Positions 47,308 through 56,819 of a DNA stretch of 64,000 bases are shown one piece after another. The stretch is from Alphaproteobacteria bacterium (GTDB taxonomy: Bacteria; Pseudomonadota; Alphaproteobacteria; Bin98). Numbering within the stretch: position 1 is the first letter of the stretch; each line of letters starts with the position of its first letter. The position numbers were made by a program, and so were the translations under genes. The stretch covers positions 57,046 through 121,045 of the forward strand of contig OZ253461.1 in the NCBI GenBank assembly GCA_965261615.1. The letters are read 5' to 3'. The notes beneath the pieces are model-generated. The model was not told the origin of the DNA. It saw nothing but the letters and a program-made list of their open reading frames with translations, and searched no databases.

Positions 47308-47832
47308 TTAACAAAAATCACTTTTTTTTCTAGTATCCCCCAACAAGAGGCGCATTTTTTCCAGAATCCACTGTGGAGGAAGCGCACACCCCGTGTACCC
47401 GCTCAACCACGCCAAATATAAAGTAGGCATGGGCTCCAAAACGGCAAGCCCACAAATATTATATAAGAGAACACGCAAACATATTTCTAAAAAATAGGGG
47501 TCACGCTCGATGCACTTATCACGAAAAGGGCCTGGGCTAATTTCTAAGGCCCAAAGAAGATTACGAGCATACACTACACGCTGATCACCATCAGGAAAAC
47601 TGTAGTCCCGTATTTCTGCATCCGCAAAAAGCTCTCCAAGGGACAGCGAGTGCGGCTCCACATAAACCACTTCTTGCTCCTCTCTCTGCACAGTCCACCC
47701 AGAAACTGCCAAAAAAGCCTCTAAACCCAAAGATTTTTTGCTCAAGCACAAAAGGTACGAGCCTCTGACCGCGACACAGCAGCCAGAGATCGCACCTTTT
47801 TGTTTTTTTAAAAAATTATAAAAATCAAGCAA
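47308..47832 (-). CDS. Hypothetical protein (174 aa)
   Basis: ORF with no confident motif match. Confidence 0.4.
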   Translation of the reverse strand: MLDFYNFLKKQKGAISGCCVAVRGSYLLCLSKKSLGLEAFLAVSGWTVQREEQEVVYVEPHSLSLGELFADAEIRDYSFPDGDQRVVYARNLLWALEISPGPFRDKCIERDPYFLEICLRVLLYNICGLAVLEPMPTLYLAWLSGYTGCALPPQWILEKMRLLLGDTRKKSDFC

Positions 47833-47849
47833 ATCGAAAAAGCTTTCCG

Positions 47850-48059
47850 TTAAAAGCTTCCGTCTTTCGATGTCCCCTTGTAAGACATTTTGCGAATACG
47901 TCTAAGAGCTTCTGCTTTCAACCGCGCACGCTTCTCTGACGGCTTCTCATAACACTGATGCATCTTGAAGGATTTAAGGATTCCTTCCTGCAAAACACGT
48001 CGCTTAAATATGCGCAATGCGTGCTCTGCCTTGTTTTCCATTACGTAAACTTTTACCAA
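47850..48059 (-). CDS. rpsU: 30S ribosomal protein S21
   Basis: MVKVYVMENKAEHALRIFKRRVLQEGILKSFKMHQCYEKPSEKRARLKAEALRR matches the S21 pattern (ALRRFKR...EKPS..RKR). Confidence 0.85.
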   Translation of the reverse strand: MVKVYVMENKAEHALRIFKRRVLQEGILKSFKMHQCYEKPSEKRARLKAEALRRIRKMSYKGTSKDGSF

Positions 48060-48284
48060 AAAACACCTCTTAATATATGTAATACTAACACAACTGCCCC
48101 TCTAAACTCAAGCGTTGCCCATAAAAAATTTTTGGCGCCTGTACCTTCCCACCCACATTTGTTCAATAAAATGCTTTAAACACCCCCCGCCCCCAACACT
48201 AAATATCAATTTTCTAGTATTATTAACTAGGATGTTATCGTATAACTTGTATAATGAGTTATAAATTCACTACGGAGGTTTGAA

Positions 48285-48764
48285 ATGCTTTTTTTATTGT
48301 TTGTTCTTTTAGTCGGGTTAACAGGGTGTCTCCACAAGATGCACGACACCATAGACTCTTTGCCAGTGGGAGCCTACTCACTTGACAAATCCTTTGAGTC
48401 CGCACCTGAGCCTGTGCGTCCCATAATTGCTAGAATCTTCCAGCGCAAAGGATTTGTGTTAGAGGACATTAACATCAACTCAGATCAAAACCGCGCTGCC
48501 CGTTACCGGTACGTACTCTCAACGAAATTCACCATGGAGCAGTCCGGCTCTGACAGCGTTTTGTGCCTGAAGCTATTAATCACAGCACTGCACAACAGGA
48601 ACGCAAACAGCCTTCTAACGATTCGACGCACTTTGGACCCAAGACTGCCGGTAGAACAAAACATCAAGCTTATGGTCACCGCATTAGAAAACAAATTCCC
48701 AATCTTATCTCAAGCTGGGACAGGATCTAGCACCTTTGAAGTAGGGCCACAAGTCAAGCTATAA
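48285..48764 (+). CDS. Putative lipoprotein
   Basis: MLFLLFVLLVGLTGC has a lipobox LTGC. It is preceded by GGAGG and a TATAAT-like box. Confidence 0.5.
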   Translation: MLFLLFVLLVGLTGCLHKMHDTIDSLPVGAYSLDKSFESAPEPVRPIIARIFQRKGFVLEDININSDQNRAARYRYVLSTKFTMEQSGSDSVLCLKLLITALHNRNANSLLTIRRTLDPRLPVEQNIKLMVTALENKFPILSQAGTGSSTFEVGPQVKL

Positions 48765-48793
48765 CGTCACCCACCATCCAAAGGCTCGCTTTA

Positions 48794-49324
48794 GTGAGCC
48801 TTTTGAAAATGATAATAACTCTCATTTACCTTGCCTCAGCCTTAATGTCTAGTGAGGCGCACGACACTCCCCCTTTATCCAGGGGCCATATTCAGGATTT
48901 CATTCTCTCCCAGGAGCGCTCAACCGCTCGCGAGATTATAAAGCTCATAGATGGCGCACAAAGCAGTGTACTCGTTTTTAGCTATGCATTCACTTCTGCT
49001 CACATTCTTAGAGCCCTTAATAGGGCCGTAAAACGCGGCGTCACCGTCAGCCTCTTAGGCGACAAAAAAACCTTTCAAAAAGATCAAATATGCAAATTGC
49101 GCCACCCACAAATAACGGCCTTTGTCTACACAGGAAAAGGCCTGCAGCATGCAAAGGCTATGGTAGTCGATAACTCAACTGTCATTATGGGGTCCTACAA
49201 TTTCACCGATAAGGCGGAGCACCTAAACAGTGAAGCAACCATTATCCTGCACTCCCCTCAAATAGCAAAAAAAATATATGGTCTTTTTCTCAGCATACCC
49301 AAAGCCCCCTGCCGCATAGATTAG
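48794..49324 (+). CDS. Secreted phospholipase D-family (Nuc-like, single HKD) nuclease/phosphodiesterase
   Basis: HKD motif HAKAMVVDNSTVIMGSYNFTD (HxKx4Dx6GSxN) in a ~176-aa protein with signal peptide MSLLKMIITLIYLASALMSSEA. This is the single-domain Nuc-type layout. Confidence 0.7.
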   Translation: MSLLKMIITLIYLASALMSSEAHDTPPLSRGHIQDFILSQERSTAREIIKLIDGAQSSVLVFSYAFTSAHILRALNRAVKRGVTVSLLGDKKTFQKDQICKLRHPQITAFVYTGKGLQHAKAMVVDNSTVIMGSYNFTDKAEHLNSEATIILHSPQIAKKIYGLFLSIPKAPCRID

Positions 49325-49707
49325 CGAAAGCCTTTTAGTGAGCATACAGTTTTACCTCTAAACCCATTATTAAGTGCTCCCAACAACACCAAGCGGCTGT
49401 ACACGGGCCCACACTTGCCCCTCCAAAATAAAAGCTTTTATGTGCCGCGGAACCAGCTTATAGCATGCAAAAGTTTCTTTTGATGAAGTCTTACAACTTT
49501 GTCTAATAACACGAAACAAAAACCTGTAAAATACTACTCTCTTTTCAGGCGCGTTCAAAAGCCGTACAAATTGACAGTTTATGCCGTCAAACCCCAAAAG
49601 CACATTTAGCGTATAATTTTCTGTCACCTTAGTCGCTCAATACCGCAAGAGTACGCAATATTACTTGTTTTTCAACTGACACTAATATACACTATGCGAG
49701 GAGGAAG

Positions 49708-50262
49708 GTGATGCTGCATATTTTACTAATGCTATTGCTTGGATCTTGCTGTAAAGATCATGGTTTTCAAAAGCCACATTTTATTTTCGAAAAGAGTCAA
49801 ATACCCTTGGCGGTTAAAAAAGTTGTTTTTTCTGTTGACCCTTGCACAGAGGGCGCTACGATTGAGGAAGAAGATCGTATTATGTTAGCCCATTACTTGC
49901 GTCAATGGAGCAAGTCCCGCTTCAAGACCGTCGGTAGTAGCGGTGTTCTTATGATTAACGTGAAGCTAGTTGCTTTGTCTGCTCAAAACCACGGAAAAGT
50001 GAAGAATGCCTTATCTAATCACGCGGTACAGATTAAAGCCTTTGTTCAGGAGTCTGACCTTTACTCTGACCTAGACATAGACATTCAAGCACATCGCTCC
50101 CTCAACACATCTCCGAAGAGCCCGAAAGTCGGAACATCAGAGTGGGCTGAATACTTGAAGAACTTTATTGATACAATAGACACACAGTTTATGTACGCAC
50201 TGCGTCGCTATGGTCCAAAGTTATTGCCAGCAAAACTACAAGAAAAAAATGAGAAAAAGTAG
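49708..50262 (+). CDS. Hypothetical secreted protein (184 aa)
   Basis: Signal peptide MMLHILLMLLLGSCC. No motifs recognised. Confidence 0.45.
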   Translation: MMLHILLMLLLGSCCKDHGFQKPHFIFEKSQIPLAVKKVVFSVDPCTEGATIEEEDRIMLAHYLRQWSKSRFKTVGSSGVLMINVKLVALSAQNHGKVKNALSNHAVQIKAFVQESDLYSDLDIDIQAHRSLNTSPKSPKVGTSEWAEYLKNFIDTIDTQFMYALRRYGPKLLPAKLQEKNEKK

Positions 50263-50280
50263 CACCCTGGCTCATAGAAA

Positions 50281-50310
50281 AAAGGAGAGGGTTTCCTCTC
50301 CTTTTTTTAT
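50281..50310 (+). terminator. Rho-independent terminator
   Basis: aaaggagagggtttcctctcctttttttat has the stem ggagagg/cctctcc and a T7 tract. Confidence 0.65.
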
Positions 50311-50572
50311 GAGCAGAAAACTTTAATAACGGAGCGAGCACCTTAATAAACCCACGCAGCCACAACCTACCTACCCCTTCTAAGCAAGAGACTCTGTGTG
50401 CGCGTACTGTAGGCTCTTCTTCCGCATATTAAAGCGAAAAGCCATTTAGGTCCTTTAATACTGTCTTTGTACACCTCTTTCTATGTTATTTAGTAAGGTG
50501 GCAGCCTCCCATATTAGCGCAGCTTATTCTTTGCACAGCCTGAGAAAGACTCCGTAGCAAAGATTTAAAACT

Positions 50573-50604
50573 AAAAAAGGCCCCTTTTTAGGGGCCTTTA
50601 CAGA
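50573..50604. terminator. Bidirectional hairpin terminator between convergent genes
   Basis: aaaaaaggcccctttttaggggccttta is a palindromic GC stem flanked by A- and T-tracts. Confidence 0.6.
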
Positions 50605-50622
50605 TCTGTCGTTTACACAACA

Positions 50623-51237
50623 TTAATTAATGAAAGGAGCAACCCCTTTCCAAAGGCCTTCTAGCCCATAATATACGATAAGCACCGGCGCGATCTTATT
50701 CGCCTTAATCACCGCACTCTGAGAAAACTTCCGAGAACAAAAGTACGACAAAGAACAAAACATAACATAGCCCAAAAAAGAGCCTAAAATAGAACCTGTT
50801 CCCACGCTCACAATCGGCAGGACACCATTAGGCAACGTTCCTAATCGCGCTGTAATCAGGTTAACTAGCAAAATTGTTGTAAAAGGACACACAAAGGACA
50901 ACAGTGCCGGGTAATAAGTTTTAACTTTACTTATATCCGGGTTTAAGACCAATTTTTTGTTAGCAACAAACATCTGTATAGCTACACCAAGCACAATTAA
51001 CCCCATAATTATTTGAATTATATTCATGTACTCTGTAATGTATTTCTCTATCACTGTAATAGCCACAAGCCCCAAAAAAGCATGCACTCCCACAGAACAA
51101 CTTGTCAACATTCCCGCACGCATAGCTTTAAAAAAACCATACAGCGAAGCCATACGCATATGCAATATGACCACGGGCCCCACTGGAGCCGCAACCATAA
51201 ATCCGATTTTCGCTCCTACTATTAGATTTTCTAACAT
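50623..51237 (-). CDS. LysE/RhtB-family amino-acid exporter
   Basis: A multi-TM protein with the N-terminal AAPVGPVV (PGP-type) motif typical of the LysE family. The start is probably MLENLIVGAKIGF, just downstream of the xth stop. Confidence 0.65.
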   Translation of the reverse strand: MLENLIVGAKIGFMVAAPVGPVVILHMRMASLYGFFKAMRAGMLTSCSVGVHAFLGLVAITVIEKYITEYMNIIQIIMGLIVLGVAIQMFVANKKLVLNPDISKVKTYYPALLSFVCPFTTILLVNLITARLGTLPNGVLPIVSVGTGSILGSFLGYVMFCSLSYFCSRKFSQSAVIKANKIAPVLIVYYGLEGLWKGVAPFIN

Positions 51238-51241
51238 TTTC

Positions 51242-52003
51242 TTACTCCCAATAGCACCAGACAGGTGCATGATCTGACGGCTTCACCTCTTGGCGCAGGC
51301 ATTGCAACACACCATACGCACGAATCAACGAACCTACAGATACCGTAGCAAAAATTGCATCTATGCGCAACCCCTTTTCCGGGAAAGAAGGCGTTCTATA
51401 GTCCCACCACGTATAGCGATCTGTTGTTGCACGCCCCTCAGTCACTATATCGCCTATATCAATCATCTCATGGACAAGTGTACGCAACCACACCCTTTCC
51501 TGAGCGCTAAATAGCAACTGCCTCTTAAATCTTTGAGGGGCATAGCTATCATTTGGACGCCGTGCTATATTAAAATCCCCCATTAAAAGCAGAGGCTCTT
51601 CCTTATAAGGAGCCAAATAATCTGTTAAATCTTGGTAAAACTTTGCTTTATATTGAAACTTTTCACTCGTTAAACTTTCTCCATTGGGGGCATACACATT
51701 CACGATGTGCACCCCACCTATCACCACATGCAAAAAACGCCCTGGCTGATGGCCGTCCATAGGAAGGTCTTGCTGCTTAAGGGTAATGGGATGATCTGAC
51801 AAAATAGCGACTCCATTACGACCTTTATTGCCAACCCAACACCGATAAGGGTGTGTTTCTTCTAAAAGATGATGCGGAAACTCTGCATCAGATACCTTGG
51901 TCTCCTGCAAAGCAATAATATTCGGCCGCAAAGTTTCCACACATTGAGTAATTAAAGGGTAACGCACCCGGACAGAGTTAACATTCCAAGAAACAACCTT
52001 CAT
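51242..52003 (-). CDS. xth: Exodeoxyribonuclease III
   Basis: MKVVSWNVNSVRVRYPLI...IALQETKV is the ExoIII/AP-endonuclease N-terminus. 253 aa. Confidence 0.9.
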   Translation of the reverse strand: MKVVSWNVNSVRVRYPLITQCVETLRPNIIALQETKVSDAEFPHHLLEETHPYRCWVGNKGRNGVAILSDHPITLKQQDLPMDGHQPGRFLHVVIGGVHIVNVYAPNGESLTSEKFQYKAKFYQDLTDYLAPYKEEPLLLMGDFNIARRPNDSYAPQRFKRQLLFSAQERVWLRTLVHEMIDIGDIVTEGRATTDRYTWWDYRTPSFPEKGLRIDAIFATVSVGSLIRAYGVLQCLRQEVKPSDHAPVWCYWE

Positions 52004-52327
52004 TTAATCTTTCCTTGGAATCTGAAAAGATATCCCACAGCCACAACCCGTCTCGACCTTTGGGTTATCAAAGACAAAGTGTGAGTGCATCACCTCTTCC
52101 ACAAAATTCAATGTTCCACCCTCCAGAAAAGCATGACACCTCCTAGCTATCACTATATTTTTACCGTCTGGACCTTCCACCAAAATATCATCTTCTTGCT
52201 GCTCACAAACCTTGAACACATATTGAAACCCATGACACCCGCCACTTTCTATCCCCACACGAAAAACTTGCCCGCTGCTTGTAATACTACCCACCCGATT
52301 CCAAGCACTCTCTGTGACCTTAATCAT
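52004..52327 (-). CDS. erpA: Iron-sulfur cluster insertion protein ErpA/IscA (HesB family)
   Basis: GGCHGFQY...CGCGISF C-terminal Cys motif in a 107-aa protein. Confidence 0.85.
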   Translation of the reverse strand: MIKVTESAWNRVGSITSSGQVFRVGIESGGCHGFQYVFKVCEQQEDDILVEGPDGKNIVIARRCHAFLEGGTLNFVEEVMHSHFVFDNPKVETGCGCGISFQIPRKD

Positions 52328-53450
52328 TCGTCTCTCCTCCTTTATACACCAGTGCCGCTTCTAAAAATACATCGATCTCTCCTTGCAGTACAGCCTCTGG
52401 GTTTTGTACCTCCACTTTTGTGCGCAAGTCCTTTACGAGGCGATACGGATGCAAAACATATGAGCGAATTTGATGACCCCATCCAATGCTTGTTTTTTCC
52501 ACACTTTGCTCTTGCTCTTTTTTTTCCTGCTCCTTTTGAGCATAAAGCCTTGCATGCAGCATCTTCATCGCCTGATCTTTATTCCTGTGCTGCGATCGGT
52601 CACTTTGACACTGTACACTTATTCCCGTCGGCAAATGTGTAATACGCACCGCACTGTCTGTTTTATTCACATGCTGCCCTCCAGCTCCAGACGCTCGGTA
52701 CGTATCTATTCGTAAATCTTTTTCTAAAATTTCAACAGTTATACCTTCCTCCACTATTGGCATAACTAACACGGACGCAAAACTTGTCTGCCTTTTACTC
52801 GCAGCATTAAACGGTGATTGACGCACCAAACGATGTATCCCCGTTTCTGTTTTCAAAAAGCCATACGCAAATTTACCACCCACACGTAAAACTGCATGCT
52901 TTATGCCCGCCTCTTCGCCGTCCATACTATCATCGATTATAGCAGTATGGCCTTGTGTTCCGCACCAGCGCATATACATTTGCAAGAGCATATAGGCCCA
53001 ATCTTGCGCGTCCGTACCTCCCACACCACTTTGAATCAAAAGATAGCATCCTCCACTATCTTCAGGCGCAGACAGCATAATTCGATACACCAACGTATGC
53101 GCGCTCTTTGCGCATTCAGTTACATCTCGATAAACCTCGACCAGCATTTCCCCATCAATGGATTCCTCCAACATACCCACAAGCTCTTGCCCCTCTAAAG
53201 CGCTTCGCTCTAACCCTTGAATGGATTGGTATATTGAGTCCACGCGTGTAAACTCGCGCAAACACTCCTTAGCTGTGTCTGGGTTTTCCCACAAATCCTG
53301 ATCCTCTGTTTTTTGCTGCAGACGACTCCTTTCCTGAATGAAACTTTCCCAGCTTACGTAATCTTTGCACTTTTGAATATCCGATCTTATCGTTGTAAGC
53401 GTCGATTTTATAATAGATAACTTTTCTTTATCGTCCACAGAGCCTCTCAA
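52320..53450 (-). CDS. prfB: Peptide chain release factor 2, contiguous ORF (no programmed frameshift)
   Basis: An SPF tripeptide (VRQSPFNAASKRQTSF) and GGQ (YRASGAGGQHVNKTDSAVRITHLPTGI). The whole protein sits in one frame. Confidence 0.9.
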   Translation of the reverse strand: MRGSVDDKEKLSIIKSTLTTIRSDIQKCKDYVSWESFIQERSRLQQKTEDQDLWENPDTAKECLREFTRVDSIYQSIQGLERSALEGQELVGMLEESIDGEMLVEVYRDVTECAKSAHTLVYRIMLSAPEDSGGCYLLIQSGVGGTDAQDWAYMLLQMYMRWCGTQGHTAIIDDSMDGEEAGIKHAVLRVGGKFAYGFLKTETGIHRLVRQSPFNAASKRQTSFASVLVMPIVEEGITVEILEKDLRIDTYRASGAGGQHVNKTDSAVRITHLPTGISVQCQSDRSQHRNKDQAMKMLHARLYAQKEQEKKEQEQSVEKTSIGWGHQIRSYVLHPYRLVKDLRTKVEVQNPEAVLQGEIDVFLEAALVYKGGETND

Positions 53451-53771
53451 TAATTATACTCAAAATTTCATCAATTGCGAAAATCTAGCCACAAAGATGC
53501 CCTCTAACAAACACAGACTCCTTAATCAGACAAGATCCACCACGCTGCACAACCCTTTATGACACACCTCTCTATGGTTTTTAGTATATCCCGCACCTAA
53601 TGCAAATTCCGCATAACGTCCACATGCTATCCTTCAGCGTACTATAGAGCTCTCTAGCACTCACCAACATCCCAGCCGAAGAGGTTTAATGCAGCCTCTT
53701 ACAATACACTTGTACTCTTAGTCTCACAAACTAGAAGTTGCCAAGACAACGCAAAACATATATAATTTACC

Positions 53772-54878
53772 ATGTTCCTGAAATTCTTGCTTACTGTATT
53801 TCATATTAGCGCAACCAGCCTTATCGCGGCAAACGGTACATCAGATTACGAGTTAACTATACAACCACCTCATTTATGCTCTCAATGCGCGCAGCCAGCG
53901 CTCTCACAGGAGTTCCATAATACTCTAGCTTTCTCCAAACAGCCACTCAAAGTACAAGCTGCCCATCTCTTACTGTACTCCTACCAAGCAGGCATTTTTC
54001 TTCTGCTTGCACAACAGTCACGCACAGATAGACACTGGAAAAACATTCAAAAAGCTCTTGGCTCACTGTATCTCAATGAGCTCGAACTACTCCATGAGCT
54101 TAGCCACATCACTTACGAGCGCTTTTACAGGCGACTATGCCCCGACTCCTTAAAAAACGCCCCTGTTTACAGCGAGCATAACCTTCGCCCAGACTTTTTC
54201 GAGTTTCTAACAAAACATGCCACACACCACTCAGTGAGCCTCTGTGTAAATATTCGTAACGCTCAAAGAATAATTCCTCTTTGGCGCCCTCGCACCTCAA
54301 TATTGGGAAACATCAATTCACTGTGTATTTGTCTGTACACAATAGATGCTGTTTCCGCACAACCCATCATACACTCTGCCCCAGCGACATCAGCACAAGT
54401 AGATCCCGAATCAATCCCCGAAGCAAGCACGCCTGCCACTTTAGCCAGCCTCTTCAGCGCCATAGTTACGCCACCTCCTCACAGCGGGACACACTACACC
54501 CTAGTCGAGGTACCTCTAACCACAAACAGCCCTTTGAACTTTTTTATCATAAAAGAAGGAGAACCTTGCTCATTGCCACGTTGCTTCGCTGACATGCCAG
54601 ACCGCATACGCAACCTGCGTTCCGTATTACAAAAAGACTGGTCTCTAAGCTCACAAAATAGCCACTGTTTTCGCAAACAAATCGACGCAGACGCACCCTT
54701 TACAACCCCTATTAAAACCACAAGTTTTTTTGAAACACCACACACCAACCTCATGCACCAAGAACCCTCTGCCTCCCTTCCTCCCTTTCCGTCTCAAGCG
54801 GTAGTTACTACCACCCTCCCCCAAACTATCTCAGCTAAAGAGTCACAATCTCTACAGCCAGGAGAATTCTGGATTTAA
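53772..54878 (+). CDS. Family-B secreted paralog 1 (368 aa)
   Basis: Signal MFLKFLLTVFHISATSLIAA. It shares QPLK.QA.HLL.Y...A......Q....D.HW..I..AL.SL...E...L..L...TY and RPDF..FL..HA with 56820..57848. Confidence 0.6.
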   Translation: MFLKFLLTVFHISATSLIAANGTSDYELTIQPPHLCSQCAQPALSQEFHNTLAFSKQPLKVQAAHLLLYSYQAGIFLLLAQQSRTDRHWKNIQKALGSLYLNELELLHELSHITYERFYRRLCPDSLKNAPVYSEHNLRPDFFEFLTKHATHHSVSLCVNIRNAQRIIPLWRPRTSILGNINSLCICLYTIDAVSAQPIIHSAPATSAQVDPESIPEASTPATLASLFSAIVTPPPHSGTHYTLVEVPLTTNSPLNFFIIKEGEPCSLPRCFADMPDRIRNLRSVLQKDWSLSSQNSHCFRKQIDADAPFTTPIKTTSFFETPHTNLMHQEPSASLPPFPSQAVVTTTLPQTISAKESQSLQPGEFWI

Positions 54879-54884
54879 TGCACC

Positions 54885-55712
54885 ATGACTATAATCGCCT
54901 TAGCACTCTCACTGCTCTCATCTATCTCCGCTGCCACAACATCAATCTGGGAGGGGAGCAGCATTGAAGCCCTCGCCGCCTGCTTGAGATTCCACCCACA
55001 GTCTGTGGCTAATCTTTCAGCCGCCCTACAGCTCAAACCTACAAATGCTCACGAAATAAACATCAAGAGCAGCCTAACAGCAATACACCAACAATACACA
55101 AAAATGCTCACAAGCTGCGCTCAAGCATTTTATGACGCTTTAGACGCCAATGAGCAAAAGCGGCAAGCTACTCCCACGACCCCGCTGCTCACAAAAAAAG
55201 TAATCCCTGCTTTAGAGTCCAGTGAGCTCTTCAAAAACGACAAAGTTCATCCAGCCTTATCTCCTTTTGTCCAAAAGTATGCAAAAAAAACCGCACCGAC
55301 CCTAAAGACCCCATGGGACCCAAAAGAAATTTTTGATCTCGTATTCTTCGATCGCACTATCTTTAGGCAGCTTTCTCACATAGAAGTGCCCCTATATATA
55401 TTAGATACAAGCGAACATACACTACCCCGCACTATGAGCATGCAGGACGCAAACAACTTAATCCCTCCATCAAGCCCACTAGCGTCTAACGAACTGTGTG
55501 CTCTAAGCGCAGCTCCAACACTTATATACGCTAAAATTCCAGTTTTGTCCCAATCTGAAGCCATAACATTTGTCACCTATGAAATAAACCCACAAACCAC
55601 ATCACGCCTACAGGAACGATCTAAATACACAGCGCGCAGAAAGGAGATTGCACAAACTTGTCAAGGATACGCCAGGTTAGAAAAGCTCTCTAAGGCGACA
55701 CCCCTTCAGTAA
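54885..55712 (+). CDS. Family-A secreted paralog 11 (divergent; no conserved C-terminus)
   Basis: SIWEGSSIEALAACL, SCAQAFYDAL, LFKNDKVHPALSPFVQKY, VPLYI, TLIYAKI, FVTYE. Confidence 0.6.
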   Translation: MTIIALALSLLSSISAATTSIWEGSSIEALAACLRFHPQSVANLSAALQLKPTNAHEINIKSSLTAIHQQYTKMLTSCAQAFYDALDANEQKRQATPTTPLLTKKVIPALESSELFKNDKVHPALSPFVQKYAKKTAPTLKTPWDPKEIFDLVFFDRTIFRQLSHIEVPLYILDTSEHTLPRTMSMQDANNLIPPSSPLASNELCALSAAPTLIYAKIPVLSQSEAITFVTYEINPQTTSRLQERSKYTARRKEIAQTCQGYARLEKLSKATPLQ

Positions 55713-55813
55713 AATGCACCTCTGGCTAATGGTCCTTAAAACTCATCAATTTTGCAGAAAGATAGCCGTATATTAAAAGTTTGACAATGGACACAGGTGT
55801 GATATAATTTTAT

Positions 55814-56629
55814 ATGGTTATGTTTGTATTTACATTCACGCTACTGACATCTATCAGCTCTATCGCTGCAACTTTAGTTTGGTCAGGATGGAGCGCTTCA
55901 GAAATGGCCTCCTTTTTAAGCAATCAACAAGCTGTTATCTCTCATTTGTCAGCGGCGATGCAGCATGACTACAAAGGGGTCCACCGGGCCAACCTCCACC
56001 AAACCCTAACTGAACTACACCAGAAGTACACCACACCAACGACATCTTGTGCCAAAGCGTTCTATACCACTGTATACCGCCAAGAGCAGGCCATCGCTAA
56101 CCTTTACGCCGAGGAGCACACGCCTCTGCTCCTCCCCAATAAGCTCCCACATATAGCACCCTGCGACCTCTTCAAAAATGATAAGTTTCACCCAATTTTA
56201 GATCATTTAATAAAAGAGCATCCCCTAACACAACGTTTCCTAAATCCACGCCTCTACAGCCTCATAGGGCCCTTCAGCATCACAATCACCAATAGGCAAG
56301 ATGGGCGAGACTCACATATATCAGTTCCCCTTTACATATTCAGCAAAGAACACAATCGTTTGGAAAGCCCCTACATTAGCGCGCGTGATGCCGAAACCTT
56401 AATCCCCTCAACAGGCCCCCGATCCTCTGAGGTAAACGCACAAAAAACTGTACATTCTGGTGCTATATTTATATACGCTAGAGTCCCCATTGCAAACTTA
56501 TCTGAAGAAGTGACATTTGTCGCATATGAAACAAAAGCTCAACCTGATTCACTCTTAAACGGAAACACAAAAGCCGCACAAGCGATAGAAGCCGCTGTAG
56601 AAAATTTGCCCCACCCTCCCCAAAGCTAG
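55814..56629 (+). CDS. Family-A secreted paralog 12 (divergent)
   Basis: LVWSGWSASEMASFL, SCAKAFYTTV, LFKNDKFHPILDHLIKEH, VPLYI, YISARDAETLIPS, GAIFIYARV, TFVAYETK. Confidence 0.6.
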   Translation: MVMFVFTFTLLTSISSIAATLVWSGWSASEMASFLSNQQAVISHLSAAMQHDYKGVHRANLHQTLTELHQKYTTPTTSCAKAFYTTVYRQEQAIANLYAEEHTPLLLPNKLPHIAPCDLFKNDKFHPILDHLIKEHPLTQRFLNPRLYSLIGPFSITITNRQDGRDSHISVPLYIFSKEHNRLESPYISARDAETLIPSTGPRSSEVNAQKTVHSGAIFIYARVPIANLSEEVTFVAYETKAQPDSLLNGNTKAAQAIEAAVENLPHPPQS

Positions 56630-56819
56630 CCCCTCTCTCAAGCAACAGTTGCCAACATAACACCCTCAACCCCAAGAGGTTTCTCGAAAAAGGGTTTTCA
56701 CCATCATGCACAACCGTCTCTTTTTAATATTGAGCGCCGAACACCTGTCAAGACTTATCACGCATTAGCAAAAGTGATATAACCCTTGATTTTAATTAAA
56801 AAATTATATATAATTTCCT

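Noticed and set aside
47308-47832. Tentative assignment of the 174-aa ORF as TsaB/YeaZ
   Set aside because: Only a vague GPxxF resemblance. It lacks the N-terminal LAIDTS and GPGSFTG(L/V)R motifs of TsaB, so it stays hypothetical.
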